A stretch of 64,000 bases of DNA from Candidatus Latescibacterota bacterium (GCA_965207885.1 OZ242311.1:768001-832000), one strand, 5' to 3'. Shown: positions 7,985 to 17,581, numbered from the stretch's first letter. Numbers and translations are program-made. The notes: generated from the letters alone by a model not told the origin.

Positions 7985-9556
7985 ATGGTAGAAGTGCAGC
8001 AATATGCAGTGTGCGATTTTGAATTGTATGCGGATGTGGGTGATAAGAATCCATTTGCGGTGGAAGTGACGGCAACTTTTACACACGAACTGGGCGGGGT
8101 GGTTGAAAATCTGCCCGGTTTTTTTGATGGGGATAAGTGGGTTGTCCGTTTTAGTCCGGGTGCAGAAGGTGTTTGGACGGGGTGTTCTCGGTCTGAGCTT
8201 TCGGGTCTGGATGGGGCTGAGTGGCATGTGCAGTGTGTGGCAAATGAGAATCGCGATGTGCATGGTTTGCTGGGTATTGATCCGGAATACCCACAGCGGT
8301 TTGCCTGGTCTGATGGTGCGCCGTTTTTATATCTGGGTTTTGAGTGCGATTGGTTGTTCAGCTATCACCAGGCAGATGCGGCGCGGTGTTATGGTCATGT
8401 CGATCTGGTTGCGAGCCGGGGGTTCAATTGTTTTGTTATGAATTTATATGCCCATACGGGTTTTGGTTCGCGACCGAATGACGATACGCGCCCTGTGTTG
8501 CCCGAGTACCTTTTTGGTCCACCGGAGATGTATTTGTTCGAGGGCACGAATGATGCGCCGGATCACGATCGGATGAATATCGATTTTTTTCGCGATTTTG
8601 ATCGCTTGATGCGCTATTTGCACGGGAAGGGGATTGTGGTTCATCTGATGTTGCAGGTGCAAAATAAGCAGGTGAATTGGCCGGCGCGCGAGACAGACGC
8701 AGACGATCGGTTCTGGCGCTATGCGGTTGCGCGGTACCAGGCTTTTGGGAATGTGATCTGGGATGTGGGCAAGGAGAGCAAGAATCTGTATCGGGAGATG
8801 GGCGATCACGATTATGTTCTGGATCGTATGGATATTATTCGCGGGGCGGATGCGTATGGGCATTTGCTGACGGTACACGATGTTGAACTCCGAAATGCGG
8901 GTACGCTGTCTGAACCGGATCGCCAGTCGGATTTTGTGACGGATCAGGTGCATTTGTCCGATGCGGCGCGCTATAATCGGGAGGCGATTCGCAGGATGCG
9001 GAATTCGGGTACGCCTTATGTGAATGTGGAGTACGGGTATGAGCTTGCCGAGGAACAACTCAAGACTTATCGCGGGCGCACGACTGCCGAATGGGATGAT
9101 ATTTTGAAGTGGACGTGGGCGATTTATGCGGCAGGCGCATATCCGTGTTATTATTACGACAATACGTCGTGGGATTTGATCAAGTTTGAGCCGGTGCCAG
9201 AGAGCTGGATGAGGTATCGGGAGTTGCGGGATTTTTTGGAGGGGCTACCGTTTAATCAGATGGTTGGGGATAATGAATATGTGGAGCGCGGTCTTTGTCT
9301 GGCGCTGGCGGGAGATGCGTATTTGGTGTATCTGCCCGAGGGGGGCGATACGCGTATTGATTTGTCCGATGTGCAGGAGGAGACGCCGATAGCGGTGGAT
9401 TGGATGGCGATTTTGACGGGTGAACGGAGCGGTGGAGAGATGAAAAAGTCGAGTGATTGGGGTGGGTTTAATACCGATTTGGTCAATCCGTTTAGCGATA
9501 AGGATCAGCCGTGTGTTGTGGGTTTATGGGTGGGAGGAAAGGGAGCTATACGGTAG
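7985..9556 (+). CDS. DUF5060/DUF4038 (apiosidase-like) putative glycoside hydrolase
   Basis: N-terminal NPF..V.ATF..GFFDG..W.VRFSP; YAVARYQAFGNVIWD, HLLTVHD, PYVNVEYGYE; YLVYLPEGG C-terminal domain. Confidence 0.75.
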   Translation: MVEVQQYAVCDFELYADVGDKNPFAVEVTATFTHELGGVVENLPGFFDGDKWVVRFSPGAEGVWTGCSRSELSGLDGAEWHVQCVANENRDVHGLLGIDPEYPQRFAWSDGAPFLYLGFECDWLFSYHQADAARCYGHVDLVASRGFNCFVMNLYAHTGFGSRPNDDTRPVLPEYLFGPPEMYLFEGTNDAPDHDRMNIDFFRDFDRLMRYLHGKGIVVHLMLQVQNKQVNWPARETDADDRFWRYAVARYQAFGNVIWDVGKESKNLYREMGDHDYVLDRMDIIRGADAYGHLLTVHDVELRNAGTLSEPDRQSDFVTDQVHLSDAARYNREAIRRMRNSGTPYVNVEYGYELAEEQLKTYRGRTTAEWDDILKWTWAIYAAGAYPCYYYDNTSWDLIKFEPVPESWMRYRELRDFLEGLPFNQMVGDNEYVERGLCLALAGDAYLVYLPEGGDTRIDLSDVQEETPIAVDWMAILTGERSGGEMKKSSDWGGFNTDLVNPFSDKDQPCVVGLWVGGKGAIR

Positions 9557-9791
9557 AAAGTGCCTGTTGGTTTTGTATGAGTATATTCGGGTTGGGATTT
9601 TTATTGGGTACTGGGAGTCCCTGTTCTTTCAAGAGTTCAACATGTTCTTCCATTCCCCATTTTGCTTTGAACAGGCAATCTTCAATGGAATGTCCAACTC
9701 CTGTAAAACCTTCCAGTTCTGGGGAGTAAAAGCCAAAGAAATCCGGCTCTTCTGTGGCTTCAATGACTAATGAGTAGGGTAGATCAAGCAT
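9546..9791 (-). CDS. hicB: HicB-family antitoxin (short, no DNA-binding domain)
   Basis: YSLVIE...YSPELEGFTGVGHSIEDCL...GLPVP. Confidence 0.85.
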   Translation of the reverse strand: MLDLPYSLVIEATEEPDFFGFYSPELEGFTGVGHSIEDCLFKAKWGMEEHVELLKEQGLPVPNKNPNPNILIQNQQALSTV

Positions 9792-9801
9792 TGTTATGTT
9801 C

Positions 9802-9993
9802 CTACGGACGTTTAATTCCTGCGGCTTTCACTATAGCATGATAAGTGCCTGTTGGGACTTCCTTTGATCCGTGATAATCCACGCGAACGAGTTTATCCCA
9901 GCCAGGTTTTCCGTAATATCGAATAGAGCCTTTTTGTTTTACAATTCTAAAGCCATTCTTTGTGAGGAGCCTCACCAGTTCGCTGAATTTCAA
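9802..9993 (-). CDS. hicA: HicA-family toxin
   Basis: KFSELVRLL..NGF.IVKQKGS...HGSKEVPTGT..AI.K.AG; directly upstream of hicB. Confidence 0.85.
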   Translation of the reverse strand: MKFSELVRLLTKNGFRIVKQKGSIRYYGKPGWDKLVRVDYHGSKEVPTGTYHAIVKAAGIKRP

Positions 9994-10086
9994 GAATTAT
10001 TCCTGTGTATCGAATTGGAGAGCGGTCTATTTTATTCAAAATACGGATTATTGAAACAAGAGTCAATAATCCGATTTGGATCTGCC

Positions 10087-10932
10087 ATGAGCATTGATCG
10101 ATATTTTTTGGGCTGTCCGATTTGGGGCAATAAAGAGTGGGTGGGCGAGTTGTTTGCGCCCGATGTTGTGCAAAAAGATTTTTTGCGACAGTACGCCTCT
10201 GTGTTTAATACTGTGGAGGGTAATACCACTTTTTACGGTTTGCCTTCGGATAAAGCCGCGATGCGCTGGCTGGCTGATACGCCGTCGGGTTTTCGCTTTG
10301 CGCTCAAGTTTCCGCGTGCGATTAGCCACGATAAGCGGTTGCGAAATGCCGAGTTGGAGACGGCCGCGTTTATAGATGTTCTCACGGTATTACAGGATCG
10401 GGTGGGTCCGTCATTTTTGCAGTTGCCGCCGTCTTATGGGCCAGCTGACTTGCCGGTGTTGGACAGGTATTTGGATGCGTTGCCCGATACATTTTCTTAT
10501 GCTGTGGAGATTCGGCACCATCTGTTTTTTGCCGAGGCAGAAAATGAGTTGAATGCGGTGCTCAAAAGCCATGGGGTGGATCGCGTGGTGTTTGATACGC
10601 GTGGGGTGCATAGTGCGCAAGTAGCAAGTAACAAGCCAAAGGTCCCCGTTCGGTTTCTTGCGACGGGGCGTTTTCCTTTTGTGAGGTTTGTCGGGCATCC
10701 GGAGGTTGACGAGAATCTGCCGCTTCTGGCGGAGTGGGTGCCGGTGGTTGCCAATTGGATACGCGAGGGGCGAACGCCGTTTGTGTTTATGCATGCGCCC
10801 GATGATTTTTACGCGCCGCAGTTGGCGCGCCATTTTCATCAGATGTTGTCCAGAGATATAGATGTCGGCGAGATGCCGTCCTGGCCCGCAGAACAGGGCG
10901 AAGAGGAGCCTGTGCAGATGGATTTGTTTTGA
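10087..10932 (+). CDS. DUF72 (YecE-like) protein
   Basis: GCPIWGNKEW, FNTVEGNTTFY, FRFALKFP, LQLPP, AVEIRH; ATG at 10087. Confidence 0.9.
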   Translation: MSIDRYFLGCPIWGNKEWVGELFAPDVVQKDFLRQYASVFNTVEGNTTFYGLPSDKAAMRWLADTPSGFRFALKFPRAISHDKRLRNAELETAAFIDVLTVLQDRVGPSFLQLPPSYGPADLPVLDRYLDALPDTFSYAVEIRHHLFFAEAENELNAVLKSHGVDRVVFDTRGVHSAQVASNKPKVPVRFLATGRFPFVRFVGHPEVDENLPLLAEWVPVVANWIREGRTPFVFMHAPDDFYAPQLARHFHQMLSRDIDVGEMPSWPAEQGEEEPVQMDLF

Positions 10933-11044
10933 TAAAAACTGTTTTTCTTTTTTTACCCTGTCGAAAAAAATTGACTTTTGGAAATTTCAGGTTCATTTAT
11001 GTTTGTGTTAAAAAATATTCATCTGTTTCAAAAGGAGAAGCCTT

Positions 11045-11902
11045 ATGGATGCGCGCGAGCGATATTTCTGGGATTTGACGGGATACCTCGTCGTGAAAGG
11101 CGTGTTGTCAAAGGAGGAGGTTGCACGGGCGAATGATATTGTGGATCGCTACTGGGATCGGGTTGAGGTCGGCGGTTCAACGGCGAGGAAGTCGGTTGCT
11201 TTTGCCGGTACGGGACGTCCTATGTTGCCCGGTATTCTCGAGTTTCCAAAACCCGATTGCGATCCTTTCAGGGAGATGCTGGCACATCCGGTGCTGGTGC
11301 AGTATCTCAATGTGATGTGTGGCAAGGGTTTTCGGCTGGATCACGGTCCGATGTTTATTGTGAGTAATAAGGGTACGGCAGGCCATACGATGCACGGGAA
11401 TGGCGAGCCACATCGGCCGTATGTTGCGTATCACCATCAGAATGGCAAGCCGTGGGTGGGTGGTGTGACTGTGGCGTGGCAGTTGCACGATTGCGAGGAG
11501 GGTATGGGGGGATTTGCCTGTGTGCCATCGAGCCATAAGTCGATGTTTCCGATGCCCAAAGGTGTGAGTACAGGAGACGACGATATGGGCTTGATCAAGC
11601 AGCCAGTGGTGGAGGCTGGCGATGTTGTCTTTTTTATGGATAGCGCGCAATCACACGGGGCAACGCCGTGGAAGCTGGATACGACGCGGCGGTCCATTTT
11701 GTTCAAATACACAGCGCGCACATGTGTGCGCAGCGGTCTTGCACGGGAGGTGTCGCCGCCTGAGATTTATTGGGATCGAGAAATTGTCGAGGATATGACG
11801 CCCGAGCAGTTGTCGGTTATGTATGGTCCTTATTCCAATCACAGGGGCCGCGTGCCGTCTCTGGAGGTCTGTGATGATGGGGTCGTGCGGATAGAGGCGT
11901 AG
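11045..11902 (+). CDS. PhyH-family 2OG/Fe(II) enzyme, HGN variant
   Basis: WDLTGYLVV, FRLDH, MHGNG, VPSSHK, AGDVVFF, SHG, RRSILFKY. Confidence 0.88.
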   Translation: MDARERYFWDLTGYLVVKGVLSKEEVARANDIVDRYWDRVEVGGSTARKSVAFAGTGRPMLPGILEFPKPDCDPFREMLAHPVLVQYLNVMCGKGFRLDHGPMFIVSNKGTAGHTMHGNGEPHRPYVAYHHQNGKPWVGGVTVAWQLHDCEEGMGGFACVPSSHKSMFPMPKGVSTGDDDMGLIKQPVVEAGDVVFFMDSAQSHGATPWKLDTTRRSILFKYTARTCVRSGLAREVSPPEIYWDREIVEDMTPEQLSVMYGPYSNHRGRVPSLEVCDDGVVRIEA

Positions 11903-11925
11903 TATAAGAATAGGAGCGTTTTACC

Positions 11926-12795
11926 ATGGGTAATAATCTTTATACAGTGAGCGAAGAGGAGAAGTACTTTTTTGATTTGCGCGGCTATCTGGTCGTGCGG
12001 GGTGCTCTGTCTGCGGATGAGGTCAAGGCGTGTAATGATGCGATTGATCACTATGGGGATGAGATCAGGACGCGGTCTATTGAAGATGGCGGCCTGGCGC
12101 GGGGTTCGTCCGTGCTTACGGGGAAAGAGGGCAGGCGCGAGCTTACGGGTATGTTGGGCTGGCCCGAACCCTATCGCGAGCCGTTTCGGAAGTTGCTGGT
12201 TCATCCGGTTGTGGTGAGTCGTTTGAATGAGTTTAGCGGTAAGGGTTTTCGCCTGGATCACGGACCCCTGTTGATTAGCGCGCACAAAGGAGCAGAAGGT
12301 CATACACTGCACGGCGGTGGCGAGCCGTTTAGCCAGTCGGTGTGGTATCACCAGCAGAATGGGAAGATTTTTTGTCGGGGTATTACAGTGGCGTGGCAAT
12401 TGACGGATGTGAATGAGGGCGATGGTGGTTTTGCCTGTGTGCCAGGGAGCCATAAGACTGCGGAGCCGACACCTGCTGAGGTGCGTTCTGTAGAGGACGA
12501 TATGGGGCTGGTTTATCAACCGGTGATGAAGGCGGGCGATGTGCTATTTTTTGCGGAGACGATGACGCATGGTACGCTGCCGTGGTGCAGCGATGGGGAG
12601 CGGCGTTCTGGGCTTTATAAGTACGCTTCTCGCGCAGCGGCTCGCGCTGTGGGTAAGTATTTTACGCCCGAGGATCGCTATGGCGATTGGGTCAGTGAAT
12701 TGACGCCTGAACAACAAGCGGTTTTGTACGGTCCCGGGGTTCACGGCCAGTTGCCCCTGCTGGAGTCCGATGGCGAAACAACGCGGGTTGTGTAG
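11926..12795 (+). CDS. PhyH-family 2OG/Fe(II) enzyme, HGG variant
   Basis: FDLRGYLVV, FRLDH, LHGGG, VPGSHK, AGDVLFF, THG, RRS. Confidence 0.88.
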   Translation: MGNNLYTVSEEEKYFFDLRGYLVVRGALSADEVKACNDAIDHYGDEIRTRSIEDGGLARGSSVLTGKEGRRELTGMLGWPEPYREPFRKLLVHPVVVSRLNEFSGKGFRLDHGPLLISAHKGAEGHTLHGGGEPFSQSVWYHQQNGKIFCRGITVAWQLTDVNEGDGGFACVPGSHKTAEPTPAEVRSVEDDMGLVYQPVMKAGDVLFFAETMTHGTLPWCSDGERRSGLYKYASRAAARAVGKYFTPEDRYGDWVSELTPEQQAVLYGPGVHGQLPLLESDGETTRVV

Positions 12796-12798
12796 AAG

Positions 12799-12930
12799 TT
12801 ATCAGCAGTCAGCGGTCAGCAGTCAGGAAATCAGAGGTTTTAGAGCCGTCATTGCGGCAGGGTTCAAGCCGCAATCCAGAGGGTGTGGATGGGTGGGGTG
12901 CTGAAAGCTGATGGCTGAAAGCTGATCGCT
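12799..12930. repeat. Heptamer repeats (inverted blocks) flanking a CGTC-type REP
   Basis: atcagcagtcagcggtcagcagtcag ... GTCATTGCGGCAGGGTTCAAGCCGCAATCCAG (12848-12879) ... gctgaaagctgatggctgaaagctgatcgct. Confidence 0.75.
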
Positions 12931-12945
12931 CACAAGGAGCAAACG

Positions 12946-13845
12946 ATGGATGCCAGAGAGCGATACTACTGGGATGTGACGGGACATCTGGTGGTGCGCG
13001 ATGTTCTGTCGCAGGAAGAATTGGATGCGGTGAACAATGTGTTGGATTACGTCATTGGCACTGGTATTGTTCACCAGAGTGAGGATAATCACGGGGCAGC
13101 AGATTCTACGTTTTTGCGGGGGACGGGTTCGCGCTGGGTACACGGTACCAGTTTGCTGGAGTTGCCCCTGCCGTATTGCGATCCTGTTCGCAATTTGCTG
13201 GCTCATCCGGTTGTTGTGAAGTATTTGAATGTGATGTGTGGGAAGGGTTTCAGGCTGGATCACGGTCCCCAGTTCAATAATGCGGTGAAGGGTACGGCGG
13301 GTCTGGTCATGCACGGCGCGGGGGAGCCGCATCGAGAATATGTGGCTTATCACCATCAGAATGGCGAGATGTATTGCGGCGGGGTGACTGTGACGTGGAA
13401 TTTGACGGATTGTCCAGCGGGTAAGGGGGGATTTGCTTCGGTGCCCGGGTCACATAAGTCGAAGTTTCAGATGCCGATTGGGGTTCGCAATTGCGATGAG
13501 GATATGGGTGCGGTTGCCAATCCGGGGATTCGAGCCGGCGATGTGCTGTTTTTTATGGATGGGGCGCAATCCCACGGTACGCATCCGTGGCAAAATGATC
13601 ACGACCGCAGGTCTATTCTTTTTAAGTACGCTTCCCGCACAGCGACGCGACAGGGTCCGTCGAATGCGGTTTGTCATCCCGAGATATTTTGGGATCGGGA
13701 TATTGTAGATGGGATGTCGATGGAGGAGCGCGCGGTGATGTACGGTCCGTGTTCTGCACCGCCGAGCGATGAGATGTTTCTGGTGGTTGAAGATGATGGT
13801 GCGGTTCGGCTGGAGAATACGCGGGATCAACAGGCTGCGGATTGA
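12946..13845 (+). CDS. PhyH-family 2OG/Fe(II) enzyme, HGA variant
   Basis: Close paralogue of 11045 (MDARERY, YLNVMCGKGFRLDHGP); MHGAG, VPGSHK, SHG. Confidence 0.88.
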   Translation: MDARERYYWDVTGHLVVRDVLSQEELDAVNNVLDYVIGTGIVHQSEDNHGAADSTFLRGTGSRWVHGTSLLELPLPYCDPVRNLLAHPVVVKYLNVMCGKGFRLDHGPQFNNAVKGTAGLVMHGAGEPHREYVAYHHQNGEMYCGGVTVTWNLTDCPAGKGGFASVPGSHKSKFQMPIGVRNCDEDMGAVANPGIRAGDVLFFMDGAQSHGTHPWQNDHDRRSILFKYASRTATRQGPSNAVCHPEIFWDRDIVDGMSMEERAVMYGPCSAPPSDEMFLVVEDDGAVRLENTRDQQAAD

Positions 13846-13917
13846 GTAGGGGCGGTGCCCCCGTATAAAGTCACTACGGGGCAGGCTCCCGTTTGTCATC
13901 GCGGCATGATTAAAGCA

Positions 13918-13957
13918 GAGGCTCCTGGAGATGCGATCTTCAGGAGCCTTTTATTTT
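13918..13957 (+). terminator. Terminator hairpin between convergent genes
   Basis: aggctcctggagat-gcg-atcttcaggagcct followed by a T-rich tract; preceded by partial GTAG and CGTC REPs (13846-13915). Confidence 0.7.
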
Positions 13958-15498
13958 TACTCCGCATATTGATTGGCGAAGATGATAAAGTCGGTAAAGT
14001 TGATGTGTCCATCTCCGTTGAGGTCAAAGTGTCGCTGATAGCTGGTGTCGCCCCGGTTCAGGCCAAAGTTCTGGACGAATAGGAGAAAGTCGGCGAAGTC
14101 CCGTTGTCCATTGCCATTGAAGTCTATGCTTATTTCGCCGCCCCTGCCAACGGTGAGGGCGATGTTTTCGTCGCCTATTTGGTAGGGTATGTATTCCATG
14201 ACCGCCAGGAGCATTTCATCGGTGGTTTTGTCGCCCCATGTCAAGTTGCGGGGGGGATAATTGGGGTTGAGTGGGTTGTTTGTGGTGTTGTCGTAGGTGG
14301 TGATGGCGTGGATTTGGGATCCCGCAGCTATTTTTTGATATTGGGTGAAGGTGTAATTGCCCTGCCAGTTAAAATCCCAGTCCTGGATACGGATGAGGTT
14401 GGTGCGGTTGCCCTGTGGGTCCGTGGCATAGATTTCCCAGGATTTGCCCAATAAGTGCATGTGGGGATAGATGGACAGGAGGCTGATGTCCCGATTGATG
14501 AAGAGTGTTGTGCGAAATGTTTTGATTTGATCTTTCGGGATGACAAAGAGGTCGTCGATTTTGATTTTTTCTACGGGGGTGCCGCCGTGTCGCTCCTCCC
14601 CGAGCAGGACTCTGAATATTCTGCTCAGTGTTTTACCGTCGGTGGTGAGCGGTGCAAAGCTGATAAAGCCCACTTCTCTTTCGATGGGTTCTTTTTTGAA
14701 GAATATGTTGATGCTGGATTGATCGGATTCTGCAAGGGGCCAGGGTGCGTAGTGTACCTGGATCAGTAAGTCGGAGTTTTTGGGCAGTATGTGTCCAACG
14801 CCTTTGGGATATATCGGGGGTTTTGCGCCGGGTGTATATCCGGGGAGGACAACAGCGGTTGGCGCGCCGAATGCACCAAAGGATTCGTAACCGTATTCTT
14901 CCGGGGTTTCGAGGTCTCTTTGGCGGGCAGTGCCCGTGATGTCGGCGCCGATGAGGGCGTGGTGAACGATTCTGCTGTTGCCGGGGCGAAATTCAACGGC
15001 TTCGACTTCCCGGTCTTCTGTGAGGTGGGTTGGGATGACAAAGACCTGGTACTGGTCCTCGTTGTCGCCGCGGATTGTAAAGGGTTCTGCCATTGTGAGT
15101 ACGAGGTCGGGGGTGCCGAGTACAGAGCCTGTTGGAAATTCCGGCATGGGTGCTTCAAGGGCGATATCGCCCTGGGGAAAGCCGGCGTTGACCCAATTTG
15201 AGATGGTGTTGATTTCTGTTTTGGTGAGTGTTCTCGCGCCGATGTGCTGGCTGTAGTTGTAATCGGGTTTCCACGGGGGCATGTACTGGGTTTCTGTGAC
15301 GTATTTGATCATGTCTGCATATGCCGCGATTTCGCTGTAATTTGTGAGGGGCATAGGCCCTATTTCACCGTTGCGATGACACGATGTGCAGTTGTTGTAT
15401 ATGATTGACGAGACGTGTTCGCTAAAGGTGGGGGCTTTCGCGTGCGGCGAGGCAACGGCGAGGAGGATCGCGAGTATGGAGAGGGTAAGTGGTCGCAT
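13957..15498 (-). CDS. Secreted heme c + copper type II monooxygenase (PHM/DBH-like) with C-terminal dockerin/EF-hand pair
   Basis: Signal peptide; CTSCH; MPPW; IVHH; PHMH; WDFNWQ; DEM; DFNGNGQRDFADF and DLNGDGHINFTDF. Confidence 0.8.
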   Translation of the reverse strand: MRPLTLSILAILLAVASPHAKAPTFSEHVSSIIYNNCTSCHRNGEIGPMPLTNYSEIAAYADMIKYVTETQYMPPWKPDYNYSQHIGARTLTKTEINTISNWVNAGFPQGDIALEAPMPEFPTGSVLGTPDLVLTMAEPFTIRGDNEDQYQVFVIPTHLTEDREVEAVEFRPGNSRIVHHALIGADITGTARQRDLETPEEYGYESFGAFGAPTAVVLPGYTPGAKPPIYPKGVGHILPKNSDLLIQVHYAPWPLAESDQSSINIFFKKEPIEREVGFISFAPLTTDGKTLSRIFRVLLGEERHGGTPVEKIKIDDLFVIPKDQIKTFRTTLFINRDISLLSIYPHMHLLGKSWEIYATDPQGNRTNLIRIQDWDFNWQGNYTFTQYQKIAAGSQIHAITTYDNTTNNPLNPNYPPRNLTWGDKTTDEMLLAVMEYIPYQIGDENIALTVGRGGEISIDFNGNGQRDFADFLLFVQNFGLNRGDTSYQRHFDLNGDGHINFTDFIIFANQYAE

Positions 15499-15502
15499 GG
15501 CT

Positions 15503-16030
15503 TTATTCCTTTGTATTTTGCCATGAGGTTATGATGCAGCCAATGGCCCGGGTCTGGCGAAATGCCGGGGGTTTTTCGTCCTTTAGAGAATTCAGTACAT
15601 CTGTGAGGTCGTGTTCGGTGACGATGCGGCGTCTTTTGCCCAGGCTCGCAAAGGTGTTGTCAATGCGCCCTCGATAGATGGCGGTGTGCGATGTGTCGGC
15701 AACGACGACTTCTGGCGTGATGGTTGCTCCCAGTCGGTTCACCCATGTGTGGGTGGCGTCCCCGATACAGGTGAATGGCAAGGCGTATTTTTCTTTGAAC
15801 GCGGCAATTGTGGCTGGCGTGGAGAGTCGATTGGGGAATACGCCGATGAATTCGAGTTTTTCAGATGCGTACTGCGCGTGCAATTTTTTGAGTGTTAAGG
15901 TGTAATGCCGCGAGACCGGACAGGTTTCTCCCATAAAGATATAAATTTTATACGGCGCACACAACCCCGTTCCGGATGAGAGGAGGAGGGCGACCGCAAT
16001 ACAGAAGATTTTAGTTGTTATCTTATGCAT
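15503..16030 (-). CDS. Redoxin (AhpC/TSA-like) domain protein
   Basis: TCPVS, GATITPEVVV, YRGRIDN, AIGCII; start uncertain (16030 or 16057). Confidence 0.8.
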   Translation of the reverse strand: MHKITTKIFCIAVALLLSSGTGLCAPYKIYIFMGETCPVSRHYTLTLKKLHAQYASEKLEFIGVFPNRLSTPATIAAFKEKYALPFTCIGDATHTWVNRLGATITPEVVVADTSHTAIYRGRIDNTFASLGKRRRIVTEHDLTDVLNSLKDEKPPAFRQTRAIGCIITSWQNTKE

Positions 16031-16052
16031 CAATAATCCTATGAATAGTGCT

Positions 16053-16085
16053 GTCATCGCGTCAGGAGTAAAGCCGCGATCCAGT
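16053..16085 (+). repeat. CGTC-type REP-like element
   Basis: GTCATCGCGTCAGGAGTAAAGCCGCGATCCAGT. Confidence 0.7.
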
Positions 16086-16099
16086 GGTTTTGGTTGTTA

Positions 16100-17338
16100 T
16101 TAGTCCAGTAATTTGCCGCCGCCAAACATGGTGGCGATGTCGCGCTGGATGTCCGCCGGGGTGAGGGGCCAGCCCGCAGCGCGAAGCGATTCGTATTTGT
16201 CGATGAAGACGGGGGCGATGACGCCGATGGAGTGGGTCCATTTGTAGAGGAGTTGGTCCAGGATGCGGGCGTCGGAGTGCTGGGGTACAAAGCTGGTGCC
16301 GAGGAGTTCGAGGCGTTCGGCTGTGATTTCCCGGATGATGCTGGGGTTGTTCAAGAACCACCAGCAGCCAAAGGGGTGTACGTTGGGGAATTTGCGGCCC
16401 GTGACGCAGAGTTCGTGCTGGTTTTCGCGCGAGAGGAGTGTGATGAGGAAGTTGACGTCGGGCCAATCGCGTGCGATGCGTTCGAGGTTGGCGATGTCCC
16501 ATTTGCCCAGGCTGTCGCCGCCGTCTTTGAGGGTTGGGTTGACCTGTCGGGTGACGCCGATCATCATTGCCGAGGGGATTTGCAGTTCCCGGGCTGTGGG
16601 ATATACGACGTTGCCCATCATTTGGGAGATGCTGTCTTCAGAGGGGTAGGCAAAGTCCGGGGGGAGCGATATGGCCATGTATCGGGCGTTCATTTTTTGT
16701 GCCCAGTCGGTGAGGTAGCGACGCAGTTCCGAGAAGGTTTTGTCGGTTAGGTGGTCTTCGACGTCGTATCCCAGGCCGCGGAGTTTGCCGGCGGGGGCGG
16801 GCCAGTTCATGAGCGCGCTGTCCAGGCGCAGGACAGCCCTGAAGCGCGAGTCGATGTCTATGCCCTGTTGCCACATGGGTCCTTCGGTGTCGTCGAGGGG
16901 GTCGTTGGTCATATAGACGCAGGCGACGCCGGCGCTTTCAAAGACCATGTCGGTGTATTCTTCAGGTGTTTTTGAGTTGTGGAATGCGCGAAATTCGGAC
17001 AGGTCTTTTGCGCGGGGGTTCAGTCCCAGGCGGTTCATGACGGTGACGATGCCGAGTTGGGCTTCGGATATTGGGGAGCTGTTGCCGACGAAGAGTTGTT
17101 GCCAGATGATGTCGGCCTGTTCTGTGGTGGGCATGTTGTTGAATGTGTCAACTGCGATGCCTTCGGGCAACATGCGCGAGCATTCGGCTTTGAGATAGTG
17201 ATAGGTCAATAGTTCGTCGGGTCCCGCCAGGTAGAGTTCGCCCATGGAGGCGGGGTAGAGGTGGGTGTGTATATCGACGATGGCGTGGTTTTGAAATGCG
17301 TTGTGTACGGCTTCTGCGATTGAAAAATCGGACATCAT
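16100..17338 (-). CDS. uxaC: Uronate (glucuronate) isomerase, amidohydrolase fold
   Basis: DIHTH, ELLTYHY, MTNDP, GCWWFLNNP, QHSDARILDQL.YKW. Confidence 0.85.
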   Translation of the reverse strand: MMSDFSIAEAVHNAFQNHAIVDIHTHLYPASMGELYLAGPDELLTYHYLKAECSRMLPEGIAVDTFNNMPTTEQADIIWQQLFVGNSSPISEAQLGIVTVMNRLGLNPRAKDLSEFRAFHNSKTPEEYTDMVFESAGVACVYMTNDPLDDTEGPMWQQGIDIDSRFRAVLRLDSALMNWPAPAGKLRGLGYDVEDHLTDKTFSELRRYLTDWAQKMNARYMAISLPPDFAYPSEDSISQMMGNVVYPTARELQIPSAMMIGVTRQVNPTLKDGGDSLGKWDIANLERIARDWPDVNFLITLLSRENQHELCVTGRKFPNVHPFGCWWFLNNPSIIREITAERLELLGTSFVPQHSDARILDQLLYKWTHSIGVIAPVFIDKYESLRAAGWPLTPADIQRDIATMFGGGKLLD

Positions 17339-17581
17339 AGTTCTCCCTTATCTTACAGCCCGTAAGCCCCAACAGCTTTAGCGTTGGGTCGCATGGCGAA
17401 GGGCTTCCGAATCCCTGCTTTCGCAGGGACATGCTTATGGTGCGGTGCTTCCGTGTAAAATCATCACGGAACATGCTTAGCATGGTGGCACATTGCTCAA
17501 GGCAATGTGGGCGGTGGAGCGGTGTACAAGTGCGCCAGCACTTCATCGACCAAAATCATCCGTTCACTGACTACATAAAAC

